Source: Felis catus (Eukaryota). From it: 64,000 nucleotides of DNA. Position 1 is the first letter of the stretch. Each line of letters starts with the position of its first letter. Where the stretch lies: positions 6,758,001 to 6,822,000 of the forward strand of contig NC_058368.1 in NCBI RefSeq assembly GCF_018350175.1. Reading direction: 5' to 3'. The notes under the pieces are model-generated. The model searched no databases, was not told the DNA's origin, and saw only the letters and a list, made by a program, of their open reading frames with translations. Both the position numbers and the translations under genes were made by a program. Below are positions 51,649 through 63,921 of this stretch, in pieces.

Positions 51649-51845
51649 GGGGCACCTGGGTGGCTCAGTCAGTTAAGCGTCCGACTTTGGCTCGGGTCAT
51701 GATCTCACGGTTCGTGGGTTCGAGCCCCGCGTCGGGCTCTGTGCTGACAGCTCAGAGCCTGGAGCCTGCTTCGGATTCTGTGTCTCCCAATCTCTGCCCC
51801 TTCCTTGCTTGTGCGCTGTCTCTCAAAAGTAAATAAATGTAAAAT
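51649..51845 (+). mobile_element. Can-SINE
   Basis: Consensus match. Confidence 0.92.
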
Positions 51846-52357
51846 AGATAGATAGAAAGCAAGCAAGCAATCGTAGGTCCCCACTGGCGGTCTAGTTCAC
51901 CTGCTACGAAACTTATTCTAAGAACACTGTTCCAGAGAGATGAATAAATCAGAGTGTTACCAGGACAGGTCTCCCAAGAATGAAGAGCGGTGGGTTAAAT
52001 ATAGCAGATTAAATATAAATAAAGGCAAGGTATGGAAATTTAAGTTACTGAACAATGGAACGGGATTTCAAGTACTCAAGCACAGGTGAATATTCTCAAG
52101 TGACCGATTTTACAGCAGCGAGGACTACACCGCAAGGGCTAAGGGAGCGCTGAAAACAGTAAGATTCTAGGATTCTAAATTTGCATTCTTAAACTCGGAA
52201 TTTTTGGAAAGGCAAGGCTACTACATAAAGACCAATGCAGGCACGGGATTACAGGCGCCGGTTTACACACACGGAACGCTGTTCTCGGAAAATCTCTTTG
52301 GGTAACAGAATCAGCGAGTTTGCAGCAAGAGCAGTAAAGGCAGTTCCCCAAGTGTAC

Positions 52358-52905
52358 ACAGCTGAAGCTGGACCACCACAGGGGTCAGGGGCACCGTGTT
52401 TGTGCGGCCAAAAAAATCCAGGTTGAACTGTCAACTCCCCCCAAACTTAACTATTAATAGCCTACTTTTTTTTTTTTTTTTAATCTTGAGAGAGCGAGAG
52501 AGACCACGGAAGTGGGGAGGTGCAGAGAGAGAGAGAGAGAGAGAGAGAATCCCAAGCAGGCTCCACACAGTCAGTGAACAGCCTGATGCGGGGCTCGTAC
52601 TCCCAAACCGTGAAATCGTAACCGGAGCCGAAATCGAGAGTCAGGCGCTTAACTGACTGAGCCACCCGGGCGCCCCCCTAATAGCCTACCGTTGGCCTGA
52701 AGCCTTACCGATGGCATAAACAGGCGGTTAACACACATTTTGGATACGTGTTACATACCTGCGTTCTTACAAGAAAGCTAAATAAAGTGTTCAGAAACTC
52801 CCAAGGGAAAATGTGTTCACCATACTACGATACCGTGTCTAAGGAACAAAATCCGCTTAACAAGTAGGACCCACGCGATTCCAACCCATGTTGTTCGAGG
52901 GTCTG
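52358..52905. mobile_element. Tigger2a-like element split by a SINE
   Basis: aacttaactattaatagcctac[SINE]...gaagccttaccgat..cataaacag..gttaacaca...aacccatgttgttcgagggtc. Confidence 0.7.
52466..52677 (-). mobile_element. Can-SINE
   Basis: TSD taatagcctac. Confidence 0.9.
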
Positions 52906-52979
52906 CCCTTCCAATTCTCAAAGACGTTTTAGGGAAAAAAAAAACACACTTAAAAACCCGCAGGCACAAATAAACCAAC

Positions 52980-52985
52980 TTTAAT
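52980..52985 (-). terminator. Probable distal polyadenylation signal ATTAAA of USP12
   Basis: tttaat on the + strand. On the minus strand it is followed by GTTGGTTTATTTGTGCC...TTTTTAAGTGTGTTTTTTTTTT, a GU/U-rich DSE. Confidence 0.65.
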
Positions 52986-52994
52986 AGATATTAT

Positions 52995-53207
52995 TTTGTA
53001 TTTATATAGCGCCTTCTTCAAGAACCTTAGATGCTTTACAGACATTATATCTAATTAATCCCCACAACAACCCTGTGAGGTAGGTATTACTCCCATTTTA
53101 CAAGACAGGGAGACTGAAGCACAGAGAGGTTAAGTGACTTGCCCAAGGTCACACAGTTAAATTCACTGAGGAGCCAGGACCTGAGCGCCTTAGCCTCCCG
53201 GCTCCCA
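52995..53207 (-). mobile_element. MIR-family SINE (MIR3/amniote MIR-like) in the USP12 3'UTR
   Basis: Minus strand reads ctgtgtgaccttgggcaagtcacttaacctctctgtgcttcagt...gtaaaatggg...acctacctcacagggttgttgtg (CORE sequence) with tail ggcgctatataaat. Confidence 0.85.
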
Positions 53208-56100
53208 GTTTAATACCTCATGAGAGAATCTTTAATGAAAAGTATCCTTAAAGAAAGTATCAAGAGTAGTATGTTACGAAAGTGAGGTCTTTCTACTGCC
53301 ACCACGGAAAAGAAAAACCCGATACTCATCGGTAGAGGCAACAAGATCCATATATTACACGTTTCCTTTTTTCCCTTTTCCTGAAGTCTCACGGCCCCCG
53401 TCTTGAGCAATCGTCTACAGGTGAAGTTTCTGAGACAGGAGCCGGACGACTTAGCGGTGAGACTGAATTTAGCATATTTACTTTCGGTTACGATGACCTG
53501 TGGAAATTTTTATTCCAATATACAAAATATGGGACAGCCATCCCAACAAACATGTACATAGTTAGCAACCGGCCGCCATTTACAACGTAAACCCACCCCT
53601 CGTTTCAGTCACAGTCGACCAACAACCTCACAATGCTTTCTCTCTGGGTCCCTTCTCTCGCTATACCTGCATTTGCCCCCCACCCCAACCCCAACCCTGT
53701 GCTTTTAAAGTCTGCTGCGTTTCGGGTGAGCTTCCAAACATGTTACGCAGACGCGGCTGTACTAAGAGTAAAAAGGAAATTGAGACCCATCACCCCACAG
53801 TCCCTCCCCTGACAAATCGTACTATTAAACACGGTGTAGACGTGAACAGTGTGCGACTACCAAGGAGCTCAACGAAAATGCTAGAACTTGCTTCGATAGG
53901 AAACTTCGCCTTGCCTTTTACTGTGGTTTTTACAATGCAAAACGGAGACACGAACACAGCGTAGCATCCCAGTGCTGTACCTCTGTGCAAATGACCTCAT
54001 CTATCTTTCTAATACGTGCTGTGGCCTAACTCAAGTAAACAACGGGACTCGGCCTCACTCTACTTCCTTCTCTGCGCTGAAAGCTACGGAAACACAGCCG
54101 TAAATTCCGAGACAATTTGGTTTAAGCCCTCAAAATAAAAAAAAAAATGTATCCACCTCCCCTGTCCTGTGACCTTCCCCTTCCCCTTCCCCGCATTCTC
54201 TGAGTCTCTGTGCAATGTTGTAACCAGGCGGGCTACGCCATCGCAATCGCGATCGGTATAAGCCCGTTCCGGCCGGCCATAAGGCTTTAGCGACTGTATC
54301 TGAAAAAGCAAGGTGTCAAAATACGTCGTAATTTTTCTCCCAGCGTATCTGTTTAAACAGCCCCATTAGCCAAGCGACCCTGTTAAAGATCAGTTCACGG
54401 AACGAACAGGTGAAGTCATTTCCTGAGCTAAAAGATACAGATAATAAAATGTTAATAAATAGCAGCAGACAAAAATTTTTTTTCGTGGTTTTTTTTCATA
54501 TTCAACAGTATTAGTAAAATAAGTTTAGAAAATTACAGCAATTAAAAAAAAAAAAATCACTGCCTGAAAAGACTTGAAGAACATCCAAGGCCTGATTGCT
54601 ATTATTCCGAATATACAGTCAATTATCTTCTGCACGTGACATTCGGCCACCGTCAACTCACTGATGCATGGGGAAGCGTCAACCACAATGGTTCACATAC
54701 ACTTTACATTACATACATTACTTCTTAAAACCCCCGACAGAATGAAGTCTTGACAAATGCAAAGCTTAGTTTCTGAACACTCTTCCAGTAGATCTGCAAA
54801 GATGGGGGGGGGGGGGGGGGGGGCGGATGGGGAGAAAAGGACTTGCTTCGCGTGTTTCTGGTCTGCTTCCTTAAAATTTCATCCTCGCACGGTCTGCAGC
54901 TAGGCACCCAGGCTGCTGGGGTTACGACAGGTTCCTTCTTCCCAGGGTAAAGAATGACATTCGAAAAGAACGCTAACTGCCAAGACACGACTTTTCCGAA
55001 CACGGCTGCAACTTGAAACGTCAGGGTATTTAAGGATTCTGAAGACTGGTGAGCCACCACTGCACCAGAATTTCATCGATCGTTCCAACCGTGACAGGGA
55101 ATTTTTGATAAGTTTTTTTACTTTACAAAATTAAAGCTGAGTAAAATCAGTGACTTATAAACCATGACAAAAGGACAAATATTTAGTCAGAGATATCAGT
55201 TCCTCCTGAAAAAGAGTATTTACCTCCTCTCAGTGTAATTTTTCTTAAGGTATCTTACGATTTAAAATGGTTTAAAATTCACCTTAAAAATAGAAACAAA
55301 CAAAAGGACGAGTTCAATTGACAAAAACTAATAAAAATAAGCTCAAATTTACTGACAGAATCGTGGGCACTTCATACAATACTTAGACTCTACCAGTTTT
55401 AAGTAAAATAAATAAGAAAAAAACTTATAATTACAAAGCCAGTCTTTCCCCTTGGGGAAACAAAAAGCCACTTTTGACCAGTTGTTCCCTACATATACAT
55501 ATACTGTATATTATTATAAGCTTCTTCAGAGAAGCAAAACATATTTGTCTTCCTGACACCGGATTCTAGTCATCTGTTCGTTTTTACATCAGAAAGGCAA
55601 CTGCAAGTGTTGGGCCCAAATGTAGTTCTGGTTTACGCCTGAAAAGACCACCGGGTGTTCCCTCTACGTGTGTGTATTCGACACGGGCAAATTTACGCGG
55701 CGCGTTCAGGATCACCTCCCGAAATGATCGCTACAACCTAGCACAGATTCCCACTCTTTCTCCTGCACCCCCAAGGAGTTCAAACCATTACTGGTGCAAC
55801 GAATAAAGAGAAAATGCATGTCAATTACTGGAAGGCGGTTTCACGAGAGGAGCTGCTATCTCTGATCTCACTTCCTTGTTGTGTGGAACTGCACGGACGG
55901 CATGATACCTGAGCAAATAAATCAACTACCATGATAGGAAGAGCGTGTGAATCCATAGTCTTTGCTTTATTGTGTGCAAAGTGTGCTACTGCCCCCTGAG
56001 CTTCCTGCATTTCTCTTTTCTTGAAAAATCAGTGCTTGATCCTTTGCAAAATAACCAGAGAAGAAATGAGGCAGAAAGTATCTCTTCATCACGGTCCCCC

Positions 56101-56202
56101 TCAGTCCCGAGACTGATAGAAAAGGATGTAACCAGACTCAGAGTTCTTTGAGATATCTGATGTCAACCCGTAGAATTCTTCAATAGCTTGTGCATCAATT
56201 TT
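56101..56202 (-). CDS. USP12: USP12 last coding exon (33 aa + TGA)
   Basis: Acceptor ttttgccccgcag|, then [33 protein letters not shown] with TGA at 56103-56101. The C-terminal QSRD is USP12-type. Confidence 0.96.
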   Translation of the reverse strand, partial: KIDAQAIEEFYGLTSDISKNSESGYILFYQSRD

Positions 56203-56399
56203 CTGCGGGGCAAAATGTAAACATTAGTACGAAAGTGAGCTCTTGGAACTGCTTCAATCCAATAAAACCTCCCACATTTCTTAGAATCGTGTCTTTCATT
56301 GGGGCTATAAAACAGCTCTGCACAGTAAGAACAGCTTAAGTTAACAGGGCTGATGATGCCAAGTACTGGTAAGAACATGAAGCAAACAGGACTCTCAGA

Positions 56400-57003
56400 C
56401 ACAGCTCGTAGGAATGTAAAACGATTCGGAGACTTTGGGGAAATGTGTCACGTTGTCTTCTAAAGCTGAACGCACAAACTACCCTTTGATCCAGCAATCC
56501 TATTCCTAGGGAACAGAATTTCTACCTGGACTGTAAGAAACCACGAATTCCCAACCATTCGTGACCTACGAAAATGGCAATTTCAGATGGTCCAACCTAA
56601 CACACCCAAGAAAAGTGAGTGCGCGTGTCTAGCCAAAGACTTACACCGGGGTCATGGAGGCAGTTTTATTTCAGCAATGGGCAAAAACGCAAGCTTCTAA
56701 CTTGTTCTGTTCTGACAACGGGCAATTACAATAAAAAAGAAAACCCTACTATTGGCAACACGATTGAACTGCTAGATACAATGATGAGCGGAAAAGGGCA
56801 GACACAAAAGAAGGCATATTGGACGGGTCCGTTTATATTCAAACGGAGGCAAAACAATAATGAGAATGATAAGCCTCAAAAGAGCCAGGAGCCGGTCAAG
56901 GGGATGGTGGGGAGAAGGGAGGAAAGCTGTGAGGACGGACCAGAAAGAGGATAAAGGAGGCTCACTGGGGTGCTGAAAGTGCACTTGATCTTGATAGTGG
57001 TTA

Positions 57004-57050
<47 letters not shown>

Positions 57051-57135
57051 CGCAAATACAGGTGCGTGCACGTTCACATAAAAATTCAAGTTGTTGCTTA
57101 AGATTTGTGTACTTTATATATATTATAACTCAATA
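56400..57135 (+). mobile_element. Old L1 (L1ME-like) 3' fragment in the last USP12 intron
   Basis: ctaccctttgatccagcaatcctattcctagg; aaaattcaagttgttgcttaagatttgtgtacttt...ctcaata. Confidence 0.55.
57006..57053. repeat. (TG)n(CG)n alternating purine-pyrimidine tract
   Basis: Direct reading. Confidence 0.95.
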
Positions 57136-57439
57136 ATTTTTTTTAACCTCAATTTTTTTTTTAAACAATGAAAGCTTTTTTTTTTTTTTTTTTTTTTTTT
57201 AAGCTAGCTCTGTTGTCGAAAGCTTTTGTTTTATCCTAAGCATTTTAAAGGTTACCTGACCATTCAAGCATTGGGATTGCCTGTTGGGGAGTAAGAAGTA
57301 GGAATCAGATAATCTGAAGACCTCAACAGTTGCCTAATACTCGTCACCTGTCATATGAATGAGAGGCTGGGAGAAAAAAAAGAAGAGTGAAATACACACC
57401 CAACTTTGAAGAAAAATAAGAAATTCAGGAACTACTTAC

Positions 57440-57518
57440 TTCTACAATGTCGTCATCAAACAACAACCAAAAATCATGACTCTTAACTATTGCGATATAA
57501 TGTCCTCGATTGGGACCA
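57440..57518 (-). CDS. USP12: USP12 penultimate coding exon (79 bp), His-box
   Basis: (S)[26 protein letters not shown] carries the catalytic His and Asp motifs of USP-family deubiquitinases. Acceptor ctttgttttag|, donor |GTAAGT. Phase matches the upstream exon (AG|T = Ser). Not present in the ORF track. Confidence 0.96.
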
Positions 57519-59419
57519 CTAAAACAAAGAGAAAGAAAAGTTAATTTCACACAATGTTTATTAACATCATTCTTCTATGCCCGAATTTCACGTTCTATAA
57601 AGCAGCATAACTGAAACCGATGAAAATAGTCCTTACCTATCCTTCCCCAAAGTATCAAGCCACATTGATGTGAACTGGCATTCTATTTTAAAATAAAATA
57701 ATTAGCACTCTACTTTGAAAGATATAATCAGCATTCTATTTATATGAAGTTACGCTATTAAAATTATTTGTCTTTTATAACTTATTATTTTTAAAATAAT
57801 TTTCAAATTTGCTTCTATGAAAAATGTAAATACATTTTTTTCTAGCATTTTGAGGGGGGTGGGGGTGTCACTGTCTGAGTTAAACTACAGAACAACACAA
57901 GCAAAAATTTTGTTCTAAGTCTTACTCTCTTCGGAAAAGTTTTTCTCTTGAGGAAAGGTATCGTGTGATAGTTAAACAAGCAAAGATATCAAATCTACAG
58001 TTCTGAAATCAATCAAGCTTGACCTTCATAAACTTCTTTAAAAACAGATGACATTTTGTTAGTATTGTTAGTGCTATTTTTAAGTACCTAGATCTTAGCA
58101 CCGGTATTAGAATGGTCTCTGCGTCTCATTTTAAACAAATCTGGAATAAAGAAATCTAGAAACTCATAAAAATGCATGTGGGACTGTTTCTTCAACAACA
58201 ATAAATCCTTTGCTTTATAAAAGACGTGGTGAAGATTTCAACTTCTCCCCGTTTAAGTAGGATTCATTATAAAAGCTTCTACATAATTCTTCATGAAATT
58301 ATAATTCCACTGTAATTGTTATAGTATAGAATTTGAGATAATTTTCCACACAAAGTACTGTTAATGTGAACATTATCTTAAGAGTAGCAACATGAGATAA
58401 AGGAATAAGCAGCCTCTGTGCCTCCTGGTGTCGGCTCCTCTGACCCGGTTAGGGGAGCCGAGTACCCGAGGTGACAAAGCGACACAAACAAGAGGACCGC
58501 TCTTTCCCCACAGACGAAAACCCCTCAGAACTAGTTTTTTAAGAAGGCTTTTAATTCTAAAATTCTGAAATAAAAACCAAAATAAACAGATTTTCCCCAT
58601 TTCTCGGGGGTTCATCTAAAGAATCACGTGTTTATATAAGAGGCTAAGAATTTTATTTTATTTTATTTTTTTTTGTACTTTTTTAAGGTGGTAGAAAGGC
58701 AGAGAGAATCACAGAAAGGCTGAGGAACAGAGCCTGAGAGGGAGGAGGCAGGTGGGGGACACAAAAGTTAGGCATCGGGCAGCTCGGCTTTTTCCTTCGG
58801 CAAACAGGTGGTTTGAAGAACAGACAGAAGTCGGTTACAGAAACTAATAGGAGGAGGAAGGGCTGAGGCTCCTAAACTTACTAGGCGCCCAGGAAGGCCG
58901 TTTATTAGGGATTTGCATCCTGAACACAAAACAGGCTCACTGCAGTGGGCGTGAGTGCCTAACGTGGGCACGTAAGTGTGTCGCTTTCTGTGGGGATCAG
59001 AAAGACACCAACGCTTCCTGCCCGAGGACACGGTCAGTGCAGCAGATAACCTTCCACAAACACATTTTGGGGCAAAACAGAACATAAAAGCAGAGCTGCA
59101 GGCACAGTGGAACGGACAGATGCCGTCCGGCGAGAGAGGAGGTGGGAGGGACAGGGCTGAGGACTCCAGGAAGGTTGGTTGGGGGGGGGGGGGGGGCTGA
59201 GATGGGCCGAAAGGGTCACACTTAAGAATTCCACAAGCACCTGTTAGAAATCTATGCGCCACTGAGGAGGGAGAACGCATAGCTGGACTGGCACGGGCTT
59301 GCCGAGGACGAGCGTCCTCGACAGTTGAAGGATGCAGGCAAAGTAAACCATCTACGCTCTCATGTGAAATCTTACTACAGATAAATCTGATAAATAAAAA
59401 AGACTTTTAAATGCTGTTA

Positions 59420-59434
59420 ATCTGTATTTATTCT

Positions 59435-59466
<32 letters not shown>

Positions 59467-59625
59467 GCAGGGGAGGGGCGGAGAGAGGGAGACAGAGGAT
59501 CCTAAGCAGGCTCTGCGCTGTCAGCACAGAGCCTGATGTGGGGCTTGAACCCACAAACCGTGAGATGATGACACAAGCTGAAATCAAGAGTCAGACACTC
59601 AACCCACTGAGCCACCCAGGCGTCC
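59420..59625 (-). mobile_element. Can-SINE in a USP12 intron
   Basis: TSD taaatg(c/t)tgtta. Confidence 0.9.
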
Positions 59626-60011
59626 TAAATGTTGTTACTCTTTTGTTAACGGACAAATCATTTCCTGTTTTAAGAAGTGCCTGTTCTCATAAGGGAAACA
59701 TATACAAACTGATAAAAAACACAACACAAAGCAGTAAGTTACGGCTAGCGATACACATCTAGTAGCTATGTGAACACAGAGGCGTGGAACCAAATGTAGT
59801 ACTATTTCAATGCAGTAATATTTCAGTATACCAAAGTTTAAGGAGGAAATGATAAACGCACTGTATCTGAAACATCCATCTTGCAATCAACCTATCCTGA
59901 CACGACAACCTGGAAGCATCGAGAGCCTCGGAAAGATCTACGCCAGGACCATCCCGAACGCCCGCCCCACAGACCAAGAACCTTGCCAGCTCGTCCCTCG
60001 GATGCAGTTAC

Positions 60012-60209
60012 CTTCCACAGTGAACCACCACGGCGACGAGGTCGTACATTCTGTCAGGATTGGTTGCGTCGCCAGAGGTGTTAAACAGACGAAGTTCTAA
60101 AGGAAAAACTACCCGGTAAGACAGTTTTGTGTATCGATGAAGTTGATCCATGTACTTAAACCTCTTCAGGTGCAGAGCTAGAATCATGGGCAGTTTTTTA
60201 ACTTTCATC
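60012..60209 (-). CDS. USP12: USP12 ubiquitin-specific peptidase 12, third-last coding exon (198 bp)
   Basis: Translates (R)[65 protein letters not shown](S). Acceptor ttatttgaatag| at 60210-60211, donor |GTAACT at 60011. GDATNPDR matches USP12 rather than USP46 (SDAVNLDR) as recalled. Confidence 0.96.
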
Positions 60210-61555
60210 CTATTCAAATAAACACGGAGACAGAATTTCATAAAAGACATTCACACCATGTCCTTAAAAGAACTATCAAACTTTAGGATTCCATTAACAA
60301 ACCATTAGTAGTTTTAATAGCCCAGCACTGCCCAGTTTTGCATCTTTCTACCAATTACTTCTATGTTGGCAAAACAACATTCTGAACATCTGAAGACTAT
60401 CCCACCCCACCCGTCATCGACAAACCACATAAATCTAATTCATACTCAATACGGCTTCAAAACAGATGAACGACATCAGCCCGCTGTTAAGAAATCCTTA
60501 TTCTGAAATCCAGGTCCCTAATGATAAGGCAAACTGCACATGATGCCTATGATTGGTGGAGGAGAACCAGTTCCTTAGAGCTGCTAACTCCTTTGGATGT
60601 GAGGAGAGACTGAAATCCATGTGTCCCATCAGTCTATATAATTCAGTAACAGACTGACACGAGAAAAGCATGAAAGACCATTCTGCGAAAGGTGTTTGCC
60701 AGAGATAAGAAGTAACTCCGCATTAGGAATAAGGACTACGTGTATCCTCGAAAAGAGAGTAAAATGACCTGCAAATTTAGGGTTGAGTTTTTTACTGTAA
60801 AACACCGGCTATTCTCCACACTCTAAGTAATCTTTATTACGCCCTTAAATGTCATTTCGCCCCGACACGACTCCGCACTCCTGGCTCCTCCTAATGACAG
60901 CCTGTTCTTCTGAAGGCTCAGCTCAAACGCTGTCCCCCCCACACAAGTAACCCCTCTCTTCAATCCCCCATCGGCACTTTCTAGATTCACTCTATGCATG
61001 TACGGTTTATGACCCCATCACATGTTTATGATGATCATGGGTCTTTCTCTTCTTCTAGGGTCTAAAATCTTGCCAGGGAGAAACCATTTTTATTTTGTTT
61101 TCATTTTCTTTCTCTATCGAGCAACATGCCTGGCACGTGACAGATACCTGACAAGTGTTGCAGCACTGAATTCCGTAAGCGTTCAATGAAGCAAAACACT
61201 TCATTAATTAAAAAACGAAATTTACTAAGCCATTGCCCCTAATGAAGTGAAAACAAAAATCATTCTGTAGCATCTCGCTAAACCTGCATCCTACAGATCT
61301 TAAATGCGGTGGGCAGCTTGTTATTCCGGAAACATTTACTATTCTACCCTGGCCTTTGAAAAACATTAGCAAGAAAAAACATAAACAGATACTCATTCCC
61401 GGAAAGAAAGCTAACAGTGTAAGAGTCTTTATGGCCTTTGCCTCAGTAATCCCAACTTCTAGAACTTAAATATATCCTCTCAGATACAAGACGTCTGAAA
61501 AACATTCACTTCTAGAGTTATTTTAGATCGTGAAAAACTGGGAAAATCCTAGAGA

Positions 61556-63921
61556 CAGGCATGCGACAGAGATATTATGGGTTCAGTTCCAGACCACCAC
61601 AGTAAAGTCAGCATTGCAATAAAGCCAACGGAATGACATTTTTGGTCTCCCAGTGCACATAAGAGTTAGGTTGACATTATACCGTGTCCATTAAATGTGC
61701 GATATCATTACGTCCAGAAAAAAACAATGCAGATACCTTAATTAAAAAACACTTCATTGTGAAAAACTGCAACCCATCACCTAAGCCTTCAGCGAGTCAT
61801 AATCTCTTTGCTGGGGAAGGGTCCTGGCTCACTGCTGACTGATGGGGGTAGTGATGATGAAGGTCGCTGGGGTGCTGCGGCATTTCTTAAAAGAAGATCA
61901 TCAAGTCTGCCACACTGACGGACTCTTCCTCTAGTGAACGATTTCTCTAGAGCGCGAGATGCTGTCTGAGAGCATTTCACTCACAGAACTTTCCTCAAAA
62001 TTAGAACCAGTCTTTTCAAACCCTGCCCTGCTTTAACTACCAAGTTTGTGTAGTATTCCAAATCCTTCGTTGACACTTCAACCGGCTTCACAGCATCGTC
62101 AGCAGGAGCAGATTCCAGCTCGAGAAATCACGTTCTCTGCTCGGCCGTGAGAAGCAGTCCTCACCCCATCGCGTCCTATCACGAGATCCCAGCAACGCCG
62201 TCCACCTTCAGGCCCCGCTTCTAGTCCTGGTTCTCTCGCTGTTTCCACCCCATCCGCCGTGACTGCCTCCACTGCCGTCCCCAACCTCCAAAGTCATCCC
62301 CGAGGGTGGGAATCAACTTCTGCCAAACTCTTATAAAAGATATTTTGACCTCTTCCCGTTGTTCTTAATGGCTTTCCATTTCAGGAGGGATTTAATTTAC
62401 TTTGCCCAGATCCATCAGAGGAATCGCTGTCTGTGGCACCTGCAACTTTATGAAATGTATTTCTTGAAAAATAAGAAAGTCAGACTGACTCCTTGATCCA
62501 CGGGCTGTGGAATGGACGCTTGTCAAAAGGCACGAAAACATTCATCTCAGGGCACAATCTCCATCAGAGCTCTTGGGTGACCAGGCAGCATGACCGATGG
62601 ATGAAGAGTAAAACTTGAAAGGAATCTTTTTTCTGCTTTTTCCCTGGGCAGAAGGTCTCAACGGTGGGCCTCAAATATTCAGTAAACCACGTTGTAAACA
62701 GATGTGCTGTCATCCAGGCCTTGTTGTTCCATTTATAGAGCAGAGCGGATTTGGCGTAATTCTGGAGGGCCCCAGCATTTTCAGAATGGCCAGTGAGCAT
62801 CAGTTTCAGGTCACCAGCTGCGTTAGCCCCTAACAAGAGAGCCCTGTCCTCTGACGCTCCGAAGCCAGGCCCGGACTTCCCTCTAGGTGTGCAAGTCCTT
62901 GATGGCACGCATCGTCTTCCACAGACGGTTGTTCTGTCTACACCAACCACCTTCGTGAACGATCTTAGCCAGACCTTCTGGAGAACTTGCTGTGGCTTCC
63001 ACATTAGCACTGGCTGCTTCGCCTTTACTTTCACGTCACAGTCGGCTTCTCTCCTCAACCCCCACCCCTGCAGCTTCCAATTTTTCTCTTGCAGCTTCCT
63101 CGCCTCTCTCCGCCTTCAGAAAGTTGAAGAGAGTTTTGAGGGCTTGCTCTGGGTCAGACTTTGGCTCAAGGGAATGTTGCGGCCGGTCTGCTCTTCTGTC
63201 TAGACCACTCACACCTTCTCCGTGTCGGACATAAGGCTGCTTCGCTTTCTTGTCACTTGTGCGTTCGCTGGAGGAGCACTCTTCGCGTCCTTCACGAACG
63301 TTTCCTCGGCACTTGCGACGTGGCTGGAGTTTGGCACAAAGGACCCAGCTTTCAGTCTGTCTCAGCCGTCAACGTGCCCTTCCTCACTAAGCTTCACCAT
63401 TTCTAGCCTTGGATTCAAAGTGAGAGATGTGGGACTTGTGCTTTCACTGGCGCACGGAGGGGTCACTGCAGGGTTACTAACGGGCCTAGTTTCAATATTG
63501 TTGTGTCTCAGAGACTAGAGCAGCCGGAGGAGAGGGAAAGGGGGCCGGGGCGGGGGGCGGGGGGCGGGGGCAGGGGGGGGGGGCGGACGGGAGAGCACTC
63601 AGAGGACATGCAACTCTCATCAAGTAAGCTCACCATCTTGTAAGGGAGTGGTCTGTGCTACCCCCAAACATTACACCAGTGACATCGGAGAGCACGGGTC
63701 GTTATACGAAACGTGATAATAACGAGAAAGCATGAAATTTGGTGGGAATTGCCAAAATATGACACAGAGACACAAAGTGAGCAAATGCTGTTGGAAAAAG
63801 GGCCTCAATAGACTTGCTCGACGCAAGGATGCCATGAACCTCCAATATGTTAAAAAAAAAAAAAAAACAAAAACGCAGCGAAGTACAACAAAGCAGGGCA
63901 CAATAAAATGAGGTGTGCCTG
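61556..63921 (-). mobile_element. Tigger1 (pogo-like TcMar DNA transposon), near full length, decayed transposase, in a USP12 intron
   Basis: Ends caggcat... and ...aataaaatgaggtgtgcctg|TA. ORF 62564-63058(-) contains LLLGANAAGD..HSEN..ALQNYAKS..LYKWNNKAWMTAHLFT.WFTEY, typical of the Tigger1/TIGD1 transposase. Span is ~2.37 kb. Confidence 0.93.

Larger units (their letters stand above)
52960..56100 (-). other. USP12: USP12 3'UTR (~3.1 kb, 3' end inferred)
   Basis: Follows the stop codon, contains no young SINEs, is U-rich on the minus strand, and ends at ATTAAA followed by a GU/U-rich downstream element. Confidence 0.75.

Noticed and set aside
56101..60209. USP46 or a processed pseudogene as alternative identity
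   Set aside because: Introns with canonical junctions and an intact frame exclude a retrocopy; GDATNPDR and the terminal QSRD indicate USP12.
62564..63058. TIGD1-like domesticated transposase gene
   Set aside because: Frameshifted and deleted relative to the Tigger1 transposase, with TIRs still present; it is a decayed transposon.
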